Positions 63,592-64,000 of a DNA stretch of 64,000 nucleotides are shown here, piece by piece. The position numbers and the translations under genes were made by a program. Within the stretch, counting starts at the first letter, position 1. Each line of letters starts with the position of its first letter. The notes beneath the pieces were generated by a model, which did no database searches, was not told where the DNA came from, and saw only the letters and a list, made by a program, of their open reading frames with translations. Source of the DNA: Antedon mediterranea (Eukaryota > Animalia > Echinodermata); NCBI RefSeq assembly GCF_964355755.1, contig NC_092672.1, positions 38,322,437-38,386,436 of the forward strand, read 5' to 3'.

Positions 63592-63921
63592 CTTTGTGAT
63601 AAAAATGGTGCATGACATGAAGCATGAATATGAGTGCTCTAAAAACCTTTGACCAATAAATGACCTGCTTTGTAATTAAAAAACAAAATTTAAATGGCTC
63701 TGCATACAGTTATGAATAACTTGTTAAGAGAGAATTCTTTTTGTAAAGAATGTTTCACAACTGCCTTCAGTCTTATAATAAATAAATGACCAGTAATATA
63801 GAAGCAATGCTTACTATTAATGAAGTCAAATTAGAAAATGTGCTTTTCTTTTAAAATTTAAATGATCAAGTGCACCACATGGATATATAGCTATGACAAT
63901 GAAAGGATAATAATGACTCAC

Positions 63922-64000
63922 ATCTTTTAGTGAATTGATAGCAATTTGGAGCTGGCTTGAGTATTGCTTTTCTTTAGCAATATCCGCCTTCAACTGTGTT
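63922..64000 (-). CDS. Coiled-coil protein exon (runs off the window end)
   Basis: TQLKADIAKEKQYSSQLQIAINSLKD followed by a GTGAGT donor. Confidence 0.8.

Overview
AT-rich, intron-rich eukaryotic DNA from an invertebrate animal. The Deu/Nin-type SINE, mosaic CpG pattern and gene content suggest a marine invertebrate such as an echinoderm, but that is an inference. Three protein-coding genes are visible. (1) On +, the coiled-coil tail of an unconventional myosin XVIII (MYO18A-like): 13 GT-AG exons from 86 to 21525, then three candidate alternative phase-2 C-terminal exons at 22093, 28616 and 33785. (2) On +, an adenosine receptor (class A GPCR) with an intronless CDS at 49109-50236, inside a CpG-rich domain. 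(3) On -, the 3' part of an unidentified coiled-coil gene (>64000 to 57246) with a large acidic candidate alternative exon. The rest is repeats: a 5'-truncated Rex1/Babar-like LINE with an intact RT frame inserted in a 62-bp minisatellite, 5S-derived, Deu/Nin and Meta-type SINEs, several MITE families, many minisatellites, and a ~3 kb higher-order satellite built from two alternating palindromic units (about 53.0-56.0 kb). There are no CRISPR or other prokaryotic features, and most short ORFs in the track are repeat or AT-rich artefacts. All family assignments come from recalled motifs, not database searches.
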